Shown here: positions 16,900 through 25,469 of the stretch, piece by piece | How the letters are laid out: each line of letters opens with the position of its first letter | Position numbering within the stretch: position 1 is the stretch's first letter | Source of the DNA: a virus | Virus record (IMG/VR): IMGVR_UViG_3300029858_000001 | Coordinates: 1-27,122 of that record | Length of the DNA: 27,122 nucleotides | Direction: 5' to 3' (one strand) | The notes under the pieces: model-generated | The model's input: only the letters and a program-made list of their open reading frames with translations | Databases searched by the model: none | What the model was told of the DNA's origin: nothing | Translations under genes and position numbers: made by a program

Positions 16900-17373
16900 G
16901 CGGACTGTTTCTTCTGACTTACAATGTTGTAGAATTATGTTAAATTCAAAACAAATTGGTAATATCACAGAAATGGAATCAATGCTTGCTTTTTTAAAGT
17001 TAGGTTATAATGTTCTTACTCCTTATGGAGATTGTGAGCGTTATGACTTCGTAGCTGATGTGAATGGAAATTTTTATAAAATTCAATGTAAAACTTCTCA
17101 TGCTTTTGGTGAGAATGAAGGTATTGAATTTAGTTGCAGAAGTTCTCATCGAGCCGAAGGAAAATGTATTAACGAACGATATACAGCAGATGATGTAGAT
17201 TTTTTTGCTACAACATTTAATGGGAAATGTTATTTAGTTCCTTTTAATGAATGTGGTGGCAGTAAAAAATTAAGATTTGTTAATCCAAAAAATGGACAAA
17301 TTCAACGAGTATCATTTGCTGAAAATTATGAATTAGAGAAGGTGTTAATGACATTGTAACTGATGTAAGAAGC
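16900..17373 (+). mobile_element. intervening sequence in the tRNA-Asn anticodon loop carrying a PD-(D/E)XK homing endonuclease gene
   Basis: Bounded by the exon halves above. ORF 16937-17359 occupies nearly all of it. Confidence 0.55.
16937..17359 (+). CDS. PD-(D/E)XK homing endonuclease, I-Ssp6803I-like (known from a cyanobacterial tRNA-fMet intron)
   Basis: Motif ERYDFVADVNGNFYKIQCK fits D...(D/E)xK. The size is 140 aa. It lies inside a tRNA anticodon loop. It has no TAG codons. Confidence 0.55.
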   Translation: MLNSKQIGNITEMESMLAFLKLGYNVLTPYGDCERYDFVADVNGNFYKIQCKTSHAFGENEGIEFSCRSSHRAEGKCINERYTADDVDFFATTFNGKCYLVPFNECGGSKKLRFVNPKNGQIQRVSFAENYELEKVLMTL

Positions 17374-17519
17374 AATCCGCCAAGCAAGGTTCAATTCCTT
17401 GGTTTCCCGCCACCGCACTCGCGGAAAACATACAACTCAACTGGTGCATAGAACTGGATGGAGCGTTCTATTAGTCTGATGCCTGCATTAGATTAAGTTT
17501 TATAACCATCATACTTGGG

Positions 17520-17590
17520 GACATAGTTTATGGTAGGAAAACGTTGAATTTAATTCAAAGTCGAGGGTTCGAATCCCACTCCCGCAACCA
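17520..17590 (+). tRNA. tRNA-like 3' element (GAGGG-TTCGAAT-CCCAC ... TCCCGCA-A-CCA) with an unresolved 5' partner. Possibly another split or degenerate tRNA.
   Basis: Canonical T-loop and a CCA end. No complementary acceptor 5' strand was found within 150 nt. Confidence 0.25.
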
Positions 17591-17713
17591 TATGAAAAGC
17601 CCATACAGCAACTTTTAATAGGATAAATAAGAAATTCTGCAAAAATTTTTTAGAGTTGGTTCAAATCCAGCAAATGATTTTAGGGCTTTGTTAAAATTAT
17701 TAAGGAGAAAATA

Positions 17714-17899
17714 ATGAAGTTTAATCCAGGAGATAAGGTCTGGTGTAAGAGGTACGGTAAGGGTAAGTGCCGCAAGGCTGATAATAAGGATAATTTTATG
17801 ACTTATCTTTTCAGATTTTATGATGGCACTTTAATTTGGATGCCAAAACATCAGGCTGAACATTTTGTAAAAGTTCGTTCCACCGAGGCCACGGTGTGA
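17714..17899 (+). CDS. small hypothetical protein (61 aa)
   Basis: RBS AAGGAG. ORF in the track. Confidence 0.5.
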   Translation: MKFNPGDKVWCKRYGKGKCRKADNKDNFMTYLFRFYDGTLIWMPKHQAEHFVKVRSTEATV

Positions 17900-18059
17900 A
17901 TATAAAGTCCGGTTATAGGAAATCCTGTCATTAGGCGGCAGGCTACCGGTAATCCTTTCTTATATATTTAAATATGTAAGGAACAAAAACTATACAATAG
18001 ATAGAGTTTTTACGCCTTGGCGCAATGCTTGTTTTTTTACTATCTATTTTTTTATACTT

Positions 18060-18151
18060 GTTGGGTTGGCTGAGAGGTCGATAGCGGCTGCCTGCTAAGC
18101 AGTTGTCCCTGGAAACGGGGACCAAAGGTTCAAATCCTTTACCCAACGCCA
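18060..18151 (+). tRNA. tRNA-Ser (GCU), type II
   Basis: Acceptor GTTGGGT / ACCCAAC-G-CCA. Loop CTGCTAA. Long variable arm TGTCCCTGGAAACGGGGACC. T-arm AAAGG-TTCAAAT-CCTTT. Confidence 0.85.
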
Positions 18152-18157
18152 TTATAT

Positions 18158-18245
18158 GTAGGAGTGCCAGAGTGGTCGATTGGGTTAGTCTCCAAAACTA
18201 ATTGTAGCTACACATCCAGGGTTCGAATCCCTTGCTCCTATGCCA
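18158..18245 (+). tRNA. tRNA with anticodon CCA (Trp-decoding) but a type-II body (3-bp D-stem with 11-nt D-loop, 14-nt variable arm TTGTAGCTACACAT)
   Basis: Acceptor GTAGGAG / CTCCTAT-G-CCA. Anticodon-stem TTAGT / ACTAA is perfect. Loop CTCCAAA. Confidence 0.5.
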
Positions 18246-18515
18246 TATATTAAGACTCATTTTCAGCAAACTTTTGCCTGTAAAGGTTCTACATACTTAC
18301 TTATCAAATAATAGATGAAAAAGTATAATAAAGAAAATAAAGTATATTTTGAAAAGTTTTTTCTTTTTAGCTGGTTTAGTAAGCTAAATTCCGTGTTTTT
18401 ATTTTGGCTTTTCAATGAGTCTTGTTTTTTAAAATAATTGGTATCGCTAAGCTTCATGGTAATTGTGGCGTATTTAAATCATAGATAGTTAAGGGTCTAT
18501 AGCCAATTATAATAT

Positions 18516-18604
18516 GCGGAATTAACTTGCCCGGCGGTAAGCCTTGTCTTGAAAACAAGTGGTCCTGTGAAAGGGATGGGGATCGACACCTCAGTTCCGC
18601 GCCA
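18516..18604 (+). tRNA. tRNA-Ser (UGA), type II
   Basis: Acceptor GCGGAAT / GTTCCGC-G-CCA. Anticodon-stem CTTGT / ACAAG. Loop CTTGAAA. Long variable arm. T-arm TGGGG-ATCGACA-CCTCA. Confidence 0.75.
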
Positions 18605-18643
18605 CTCGTTTCAGATTCGTTCATTGCATTTCATCCTTTCTAA

Positions 18644-18680
18644 AAATAAATCCATCTTTAAAGATGGATTTATTTTTTTG
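18644..18680 (+). terminator. rho-independent terminator ending the tRNA array
   Basis: Perfect hairpin AAATCCATCTTTAAAGATGGATTT followed by TTTTTTT. Confidence 0.75.
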
Positions 18681-18783
18681 CTTTTCTTCAAAATTTATAG
18701 TATAATATAAATGGTTAAAAGAGATTAAATGTATTAAGAAATATTTTATTATTATTAGAAATATTTTAAGGAGGATTCTTAAT

Positions 18784-19155
18784 ATGGTTTATGAAATTAC
18801 TTGTACTGATCCTAATGGAGAGAAAAAAACTTTAATTGTTTAGGATACAGACAACATTAAAATAAGTATAGAATATCAAGAAAGTGGAAATCTTCTTACT
18901 TTCGCAAATGATTTTAATCAATAGGCTGAAAAAAGTTCTGATATGGATAATCTTTTTAATTTTCTATCAAAAAAAGATACAGATTTTAGTATCAGCGTTA
19001 ATGTAAATGAAAATAAATTTAGTTATGCTACTTTTAAGTCAATAACTAATATTAAATATACTATTAGTTTAAATCCAACAGAAAATAAAAGACCAGATAC
19101 TAAATTATTTACAGCTATGGTTCAAGCTGAATTTAAAAAAGGAGATGAAGTATAA
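18784..19155 (+). CDS. small protein (123 aa, 2 TAG sense codons), tandem paralog of the next gene
   Basis: RBS AAGGAGG. Frame is continuous with track ORF 18943-19155. Shared motif DFSISVNVNENKFSYATFKSITN. Confidence 0.55.
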
Positions 19156-19541
19156 TGTTGATTTATGATATATCTTTTATAGATAGCAATTCTGAAAAAC
19201 ATAGTATTCCATTCCCAATACCAAATACTAATATTGAAATTTCCTATGGTACAGATCAAAAACGTTATTTAACTTTAACTTATAAATATAATACTACAGA
19301 AGAAAGAGAAGAATACCTAAGCAAAATATAGCAATTTAATTTAAGTTCTAATTCTGATTTTACTATTTCTATTTTAGATGATGATAATTCAGTTTCTTCT
19401 TTTATTTTTACTACTTTTAAAAATTTAAGAGAAGAAGAAGTTCAAAATACTATAAATAAAGATTATATCTATCGAGCTATAGATGATAGTCCTAAATTTG
19501 AATTACATTTATTCTGTCAATTAGGTGAAAATAATGAGTAA
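19155..19541 (+). CDS. small protein (128 aa, 1 TAG), paralog of 18784-19155
   Basis: The start overlaps the previous stop (TAATG). Motif DFTISILDDDNSVSSFIFTTFKN. Confidence 0.5.
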
Positions 19542-20124
19542 AATTTTATGGGATGATTTAAAAACTTTATATACTGAATTAAATACTCAAAGATAGAAAT
19601 TTTAGTTAGATACTGTTAGTGTCCCATCCAATTAGAATAAACAAACTAAAACCAGTGATATATCTACTTTAAAAGATGCTATTCAATCTATGAGTTCTCA
19701 TGCTTAGATTGGGGACAATGCTTCTACTACCTCAGTAATTGTTCCTGATTAGTATAGCCAAATGCGTCAAACCCCAATTACTCAAATGCGAACAGTAATT
19801 AATCGTATTTCTTAGTTAGCATTTAACGCTGGTAATTTTAGTAATCATAATGGTACTAATTTCGGTGGATTCCATAGTAGCCATTTTGGTGGCTTCGATG
19901 GCTTTAATTTTAGTGGATTCCATAGCGGTAATTTTACTAATGTTAATAACAGCAATAATGCTAATGTGAATAATAGTAATAATGCCGGTTTTTATAATAG
20001 TAATAATACTGGTAATAATATTCCATGTTTTAATGGTAATTATAATTTTAACATTAGTAGCCATAGATGTACCAGTTTTAGCTGTCCTAGCTTCAGATGT
20101 TTTAACTGTAGATTTAATCCGTAA
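19534..20124 (+). CDS. Gln(TAG)-rich protein with a low-complexity N/G/F/H/S repeat region (GGFHSSHFGGFDGFNFSGFHSG) and a Cys-rich C-terminus (CFNGNYNFNISSHRCTSFSCPSFRCFNCRFNP). Candidate precursor or substrate of the downstream radical-SAM enzymes.
   Basis: Hand translation with 8 TAG read as sense. It ends at TAA 20122. It lies immediately upstream of rSAM gene 1. Confidence 0.5.
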
Positions 20125-20159
20125 AATAATAATAATAATAACTAAGAAAGGTTATATTA

Positions 20160-21638
20160 ATGGATAAAATTATAAATTGTTTAGATAAAATAAATTGGAA
20201 AACTGTTATAATAGTTTCTGGAGGATGTAATTTAAATTGTAAGTACTGTTTAGTTAATAAATCTAAATCAGGAACTAACTATCCTAATTTTTTAAAAGAT
20301 ACTAATGCTGCGATAGCTAATGGTTCTTACTTAGATACTTTTAAAAAAGCATTTTAGAAATATAATCAAAGTCCTCGCCAAGTTGAAATTATGGAATTAT
20401 GGGGCAATGAACCAACTTTAATGCTTAAAGATTTAAATAAAGTTTGGAAAGACTGGTTAGAAGTTTTTTCTGGATTAAAAGGAATGACTTTTTCAACAAA
20501 CGGAATTGATTGTACTGATGATATATTTAATTTTATTTTAGAAATAGATAAGTATATCGACCATGAAATAGAAATAAGTATTTAGTATTCTTATGATGGC
20601 TTTCAAGGTGAAATAAATGAAAGACAACATAACAAAGAGAAGAAAGATACAGAATAGGATAGCATAGTTATTAATAATTTAATTAATTTAATAACAAAAC
20701 TTAACAGTGTAAAATTACATAATGTTAAAATAGATTTTATTCTTCATGCTGTACTATCTATGTTTATTGTAGATAATTTTAATACAACTGAAGATATTAG
20801 TAAATTTGTTGAACAATATATGGATACACTATATAGAATTAATCAATCTATTATCAACCAAAGAATTATATTCCGTGGAGGAGTATTTTTACATGAAAAT
20901 GCTCATGATTGGACCAGCGATGATGGAATTAATTATTGTAGCTTTATGAGAAAGTTCCAAAATATTTTAAGTGCTAAGAAACATAATTTTAAAAATGAAG
21001 GCGTCCAATATAGACATATTTTTAAAGAAGTTTTTGGAACTTTAGAAGAGGATATAATTAGTTTATGTTATAAAACTAATTGTCGTTCAATTGATACATT
21101 AATAGATAATTTTATAACTAATAAAGATTTACCAATTAATAGTTATTGTAGTTCTTTTGATGGTGTTTTACGAATAGATTATCAAGGAAATCTTTTAGAC
21201 TGCCATGCTTCTTTATATGACCCTTACCTAGAAAAGGATAAATTAACTAATACAATTTTAGATCAGGGTCGATGGATGTGTAAAGAACATGGACGGTATC
21301 TTAATATTCTAAAAAATGATAAAGAAGAAATTGAAAAATTACTTGATTTTTATCTTACTGCTCGTGACCCAACGGTAACTTTATTTGAAACATAGCAAAT
21401 GATAAATAAAATATATTTATTAGCTTTATGTGGATAGGCTAATGAATCTTATCTATATGATTTTAATAAATTAAAACGTCATGCTTTTATACTGGCTAAA
21501 GCATATCAATGCTATAATATATTAAAATGCCGGAATGGCTCTATTTTTGTTAGAGGAAATGAAGAAATAAGATTTTTCTGTAATGGTATTTTAGATATAG
21601 CTGAAGAAAATATAAATAGAGAAATTGGAGATTTTTAA
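20160..21638 (+). CDS. radical SAM enzyme with a SPASM/twitch domain (CNLNCKYC is CxxxCxxC; GNEPTL is the GGEP-like motif; CSSFDGVLRIDYQGNLLDC is Cx12Gx4C). It includes 4-5 TAG sense codons. Track fragments 20160-20357, 20391-20585 and 20760-21395 are one frame.
   Basis: All fragments are in frame 0 and separated only by TAG (20355, 20583, 20655). After TAG 21393 the same frame continues through a Cys-rich tail (ALCGQ, YQCYNILKCRNG, FFCNG) to TAA 21636. The minimal end is 21395. Confidence 0.65.
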
Positions 21639-21640
21639 TA

Positions 21641-23065
21641 ATGACTTATAAAGAACAAGAAAGAGATTTATTAAAATTATATTTAGATACAGCTTTATTA
21701 CCATATCCCACTAATTCAAATTCTGATGGAGACTATTTTTTAAATGAAAATGGATTTGAATTAATAGTACGTCCTTAGTGTAATTAGCATTGTTCATATT
21801 GCTATATAGCTAATTATGGCAAAGAACTTTATCCAACAGTGTTAAATAAAAAGGATACTTTAAAAAATATTGATCTTGTTTTAGATTATGTTTATAATAT
21901 AAGAAAAAATTTCTGTTATAATATAGCTCTGTTTGCCGGAGATATGTTTAATGATGAAATTTTCTTTGATATTGTTGATCTGCTTGAAAAATATCTAAAT
22001 CCTATTTTAATAAAACATCCTGAATATTTTAATAAACAGGGTTTAATTCAATGTCCTTGTAATTTACGATGGGTATATGAAAAACCTCAATTAGTATCAA
22101 GATTTAGAAAAATATATTATCATTTTAAAAATGTTTATAATATATATATGAGTTTTTCTTGGAGTACTGATGGATTACCAGCAATAAAAAATAGAGAAAA
22201 AATTGATATAGATCAACATTATTTTGATACTATTTTTTAGTTTACTAAAGAATTTGGTTTCGGATACCATCCTATGATTAGTGCCGAAAATATTGATGTT
22301 TGGTGTGAAAATATTGATTGGTGGTATGACATGTATAAGAAATTTGATTTAGCTGCTCCTAATGGTTATTATCAACCTTATATGCTTGAAGTACGTAATG
22401 GTAATTGGACTCCAGAAACTATTGAATTACATAATAAATTTCTTGAACATTTTATGAAAAAAAGATTTGAATTATGTGATAGTGATAAAACTAAATTTGT
22501 ACATCATTTATTAATTGGGACTGATGAAGATGGAAATTTACCATTCCCTCAAGGATGTGATCCATTAGATTTAAAATCCAGTAGCTCAACAAGTAGTAAT
22601 TTTGATAAAATGAGCTGTGGTGCTTAGAGTATGATTCATTTTAATTGTACTAATCTATCTTTAGTATTTTGTCATAGAATGTCTTATCCTCTTTACACTG
22701 GTGGGTATTTTAAAACAGATGAAGAGAAAAATCATATTATTGATATAGATCCCTATAATGTAAGTGCATATATAACTATGAAAACGGCAAAAACAACTAC
22801 TTTCCCTTTGTGCGCAAAATGCAAATACTTTAGTCTTTGCAAGTTAGGATGTCTTGGGGCTTAGACTGAAGATAGTGGAGAACCTTATATGCCAATTAAA
22901 GCTGTTTGTGCTTTTAATAAAGTTAAATATGAAAAATTGACTGATTTATATTATCAATATGGTGTTTATGATATAGGAGTTAAAAAAGGTTGGCTCACAA
23001 AAGATAAATCTTGGTTAACATTTATCTACAATCAAGGAATAGAAAGAGGGTATATAAATGAATAA
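21641..23065 (+). CDS. second radical SAM / SPASM enzyme (P(Q)CN(Q)HCSYC is CxxxCxxC with two TAG inside the motif; C-terminal CAKCKYFSLCKLGC is CxxCx5Cx3C). Track fragments 21839, 22274 and 22631 are one frame with 5 TAG.
   Basis: Frame 2 is continuous from ATG 21641 (RBS GGAGAT) to TAA 23063. The interruptions at 21776, 21785, 22238, 22625 and 22862 are all TAG. Confidence 0.65.
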
Positions 23066-23423
23066 AAAAGTTAAATTTTTAATTGCCTTAAATTCTATTA
23101 AAGAAAACTTTGATATTAATAATATAAATGATTATCAAGAATTAATTGATATTTGCAGTCGAATAAATTATGCAAAAGAAAAGGATGAAGATATTCTTTC
23201 ATTCGTTAAAGAAATTATATAGTTAATTGCATTAAAATAGATAGACTCAAAAGAATGTGATTCTTGTTGGCAAGAATATATACCTGATATTCCAATTGAC
23301 AATCAACCTGAAAATGATGATTTTTATAGTCATAGTAATACTTTTTAGAATTTATTTAAATTGGATATATTCAATCCTTTAAATCCAGATTATAAGTATA
23401 CAAATATTTTAAAATTTAATTAA
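23058..23423 (+). CDS. small hypothetical protein (about 121 aa, 3 TAG)
   Basis: ATG overlaps the previous gene's end. Hand-translated in frame 0 to TAA 23421. Confidence 0.4.
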
Positions 23424-23438
23424 AAAGAGAAAAAAATA

Positions 23439-24296
23439 ATGATTTATTTTACTTTACAAAATTTTTATGAAAATCAAAAATTAAATAATATATTTTTCAT
23501 TGTGCAAGATAAATTTTCTGGCTCTTTTAAAGTTCCTGTTAAATTTATTTATACCGCCGGTTCTTTCCCCTATACCTATTGGAACGGCGGTATAAATAAC
23601 AACTTTGGTATTGGCGATAATACTTATGATACAATTATAGAATATTCTAATAATAACCTATTGCCTTTAAGAATTAATTGTAGTAATATTAATTTAAATC
23701 CTAATGATTTTGATGATACTATTATGAATGTAATTTTAAATTTATTAAATAATAGTAGCAATGCTATTGAATTATCAAATTTGGAATTATATGAATATCT
23801 ATATAAAAAGTATCCTAACTTTCATTATATTTTATCGAATAATTTTAACTTAATTAACTCACTAACTCCAGAATTAATTAATAAATTGAATGAAATTTGT
23901 GATTTTTATTTAATTCAAATTCCATTAAATAAAATTAAAGATTTAAATTTCTTAAAAGCAATACAAAATAAAAGGAACATTGAGTTACCTGTTGGAGATA
24001 TTTGTAATTGTACAAGTTTAGACGATTGTAATATTAAAGAACAAATAGCTCAATATAACTATTCAGATTCTTTTACTAAAATAAATTGTTCTAAATGTTC
24101 AGGACTTAATTATAGTTTATCTATAGAAGATATTCAGAATAATTATGTTCCTTTAGGATTTCATAATTTTATTTTACCAGATTATTGTAATTCAAAAAAT
24201 AATAATATAATTAAATTTTTTATTGATTTTTTTATTAAAGATTCTGACAAATTATTGATTTATGAATTTATAGAGGAGCAAATGTATTATGGTTAA
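23439..24296 (+). CDS. U32-family-like protein A (paralog of the next gene; Cys-rich, CNCTSLDDC, CSKCSG)
   Basis: Shares NSLTPE, PLGF(H/E) and YP(N/M)(F/Y)(H/K)Y motifs with 24289-25158. No TAG. Confidence 0.45.
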   Translation: MIYFTLQNFYENQKLNNIFFIVQDKFSGSFKVPVKFIYTAGSFPYTYWNGGINNNFGIGDNTYDTIIEYSNNNLLPLRINCSNINLNPNDFDDTIMNVILNLLNNSSNAIELSNLELYEYLYKKYPNFHYILSNNFNLINSLTPELINKLNEICDFYLIQIPLNKIKDLNFLKAIQNKRNIELPVGDICNCTSLDDCNIKEQIAQYNYSDSFTKINCSKCSGLNYSLSIEDIQNNYVPLGFHNFILPDYCNSKNNNIIKFFIDFFIKDSDKLLIYEFIEEQMYYG

Positions 24297-25158
24297 GTAT
24301 GCAATTCCAGGAATGTATGAATTAGCAAATTTAAATTTTAAACTCTTAGATTTAAAATCTGCTAATCCTGAATATTTTTACGATGACGTAGAAATTGAAA
24401 TTAGTTATGGTAATCCTCAATTTTGTATCTGGGATGGAGGAAGAGTATTTTCTTTTTATAAACAAGCTTCTATTGATATTATAAAAAATATAATTGATAC
24501 ATATAATAATAAATATCATATCCCTATTAGATATGTATTTACAAATAATCAATTAACTCCAAAAGAATATAAAAATAGATTTTGTAATTTATTAATGGAA
24601 GCAGGAAGTAACGGTCCTAATGAAGTAGTAGTCGCTGATGATGATTTTATGCTTTATCTTAAAGAACAATATCCTATGTATAAATATGTATCATCGACTA
24701 CTAAAGTTATTACTGATCCAGAAGAGGCAAAAAAAGAAATTGATAAAAAAGATTATAAACTTACCTGTTTACATTATGATTTAAATTTCAATTTTAAATT
24801 TTTGAATTCTTTAACACCAGAAGAGCGAGCAAAAACAGAGTTTTTAATTAATCCAATCTGTCCTGCTGGTTGTCAATTCAGAAAAGAACATTATAAACTG
24901 AACAGTCAAATGGTTTTAAATTATGGTAAATCTTACACTACTCCTTGGTGCGGAATTACTAAAAATAATTTCTATCCATCTGTTCGTAAAAATCATATGA
25001 GTTATGAACTAATTAAAGAAAAATATGCTCCTTTAGGTTTTGAGCATTATAAAATTGAAGGACGTACTTGGGAAGAGTTAGAGGCAGCTTTAACTTATTG
25101 CGAGTATATGATAAAACCAGAATATCAAAATTACGTACTACCTTATTTAATGGGCTGA
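24289..25158 (+). CDS. peptidase-U32-family protein B (RlhA/UbiU/UbiV/TrhP superfamily)
   Basis: The C-terminal motif GFEHYKIEGRT matches the conserved U32 KIEGR segment (compare E. coli YhbU HSLKIEGRTKS). Cys residues CPAGC and WCG may bind an Fe-S cluster. No TAG. Confidence 0.5.
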   Translation: MVKYAIPGMYELANLNFKLLDLKSANPEYFYDDVEIEISYGNPQFCIWDGGRVFSFYKQASIDIIKNIIDTYNNKYHIPIRYVFTNNQLTPKEYKNRFCNLLMEAGSNGPNEVVVADDDFMLYLKEQYPMYKYVSSTTKVITDPEEAKKEIDKKDYKLTCLHYDLNFNFKFLNSLTPEERAKTEFLINPICPAGCQFRKEHYKLNSQMVLNYGKSYTTPWCGITKNNFYPSVRKNHMSYELIKEKYAPLGFEHYKIEGRTWEELEAALTYCEYMIKPEYQNYVLPYLMG

Positions 25159-25187
25159 TTAATTTAATCAGTCCATCTTTTTTTTTA
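25155..25187 (+). terminator. probable terminator (palindrome CTGATTAA-T-TTAATCAG followed by a T-run)
   Basis: 8-bp perfect hairpin. The T9 run begins 6 nt downstream. Confidence 0.45.
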
Positions 25188-25338
25188 TATATTTTAAAGA
25201 CAGTAGGTTATGAACTGCTCTAGCCGGCTTGGGATGCTAAAACCGAATGCTTAAATTAAAATTCCATTTAAGAAATTTTCGGTCCAATAGGTATAGAGCA
25301 ACATAAAATAATTTTAAATATGAAAGGAGAAGGACAAT

Positions 25339-25452
25339 ATGAAAATGTTTATTCTTTCATATAAGGGCGGCAAAGACGGCGGCGACATTGACAAAGAAGA
25401 TACTTCTAAGTCAACAGGCGGCTGGGATGGCGGCTCTATAGATGATGATTAA
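25339..25452 (+). CDS. 37-aa Gly/Asp-rich peptide (MKMFILSYKGGKDGGDIDKEDTSKSTGGWDGGSIDDD)
   Basis: RBS AAAGGAGAAGG at good spacing. It lies between the U32 genes and the tail-fiber genes. Confidence 0.35.
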   Translation: MKMFILSYKGGKDGGDIDKEDTSKSTGGWDGGSIDDD

Positions 25453-25469
25453 AGAAAGGAGAACACGAG

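Larger units (their letters stand above)
16864..17412 (+). tRNA. tRNA-Asn (GUU) split gene. Exon 1 is 16864-16899 (GGGAGAC, D-arm GCCT-AGTGGTTC-AGGC, GCGGA-CTGTT). Exon 2 is 17374-17412 (AA-TCCGC, T-arm CAAGG-TTCAATT-CCTTG, acceptor GTTTCCC-G-CCA).
   Basis: The anticodon arm GCGGA-CTGTTAA-TCCGC is identical to E. coli tRNA-Asn once the roughly 475-nt insert is removed. The acceptor is complementary across the insert with one G-U pair. Confidence 0.65.

Noticed and set aside
17943-18152. Minus-strand ORF over 17943-18152
   Set aside because: It overlaps tRNA-Ser(GCU) and structured spacer on the opposite strand. It has no RBS.
18516-18604. tRNA-Sec-like call for the 18516 tRNA (possible 6-bp D-stem with 4-nt loop, 8-bp acceptor)
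   Set aside because: The anticodon is UGA (Ser), not UCA. The D-region also folds as an ordinary 4-bp stem with 8-nt loop. Called tRNA-Ser.
12000-18700. CRISPR array
   Set aside because: The recurring AT-rich blocks (ATATAATATATAT...) are promoter-like and irregular. There are no direct repeats of constant length with unique spacers.
19816-20064. Minus-strand low-complexity ORF (MATNVKIIITIK...)
   Set aside because: It is antisense to the repeat region of the + strand precursor-like gene. Its translation is low-complexity and all neighbours are + strand.
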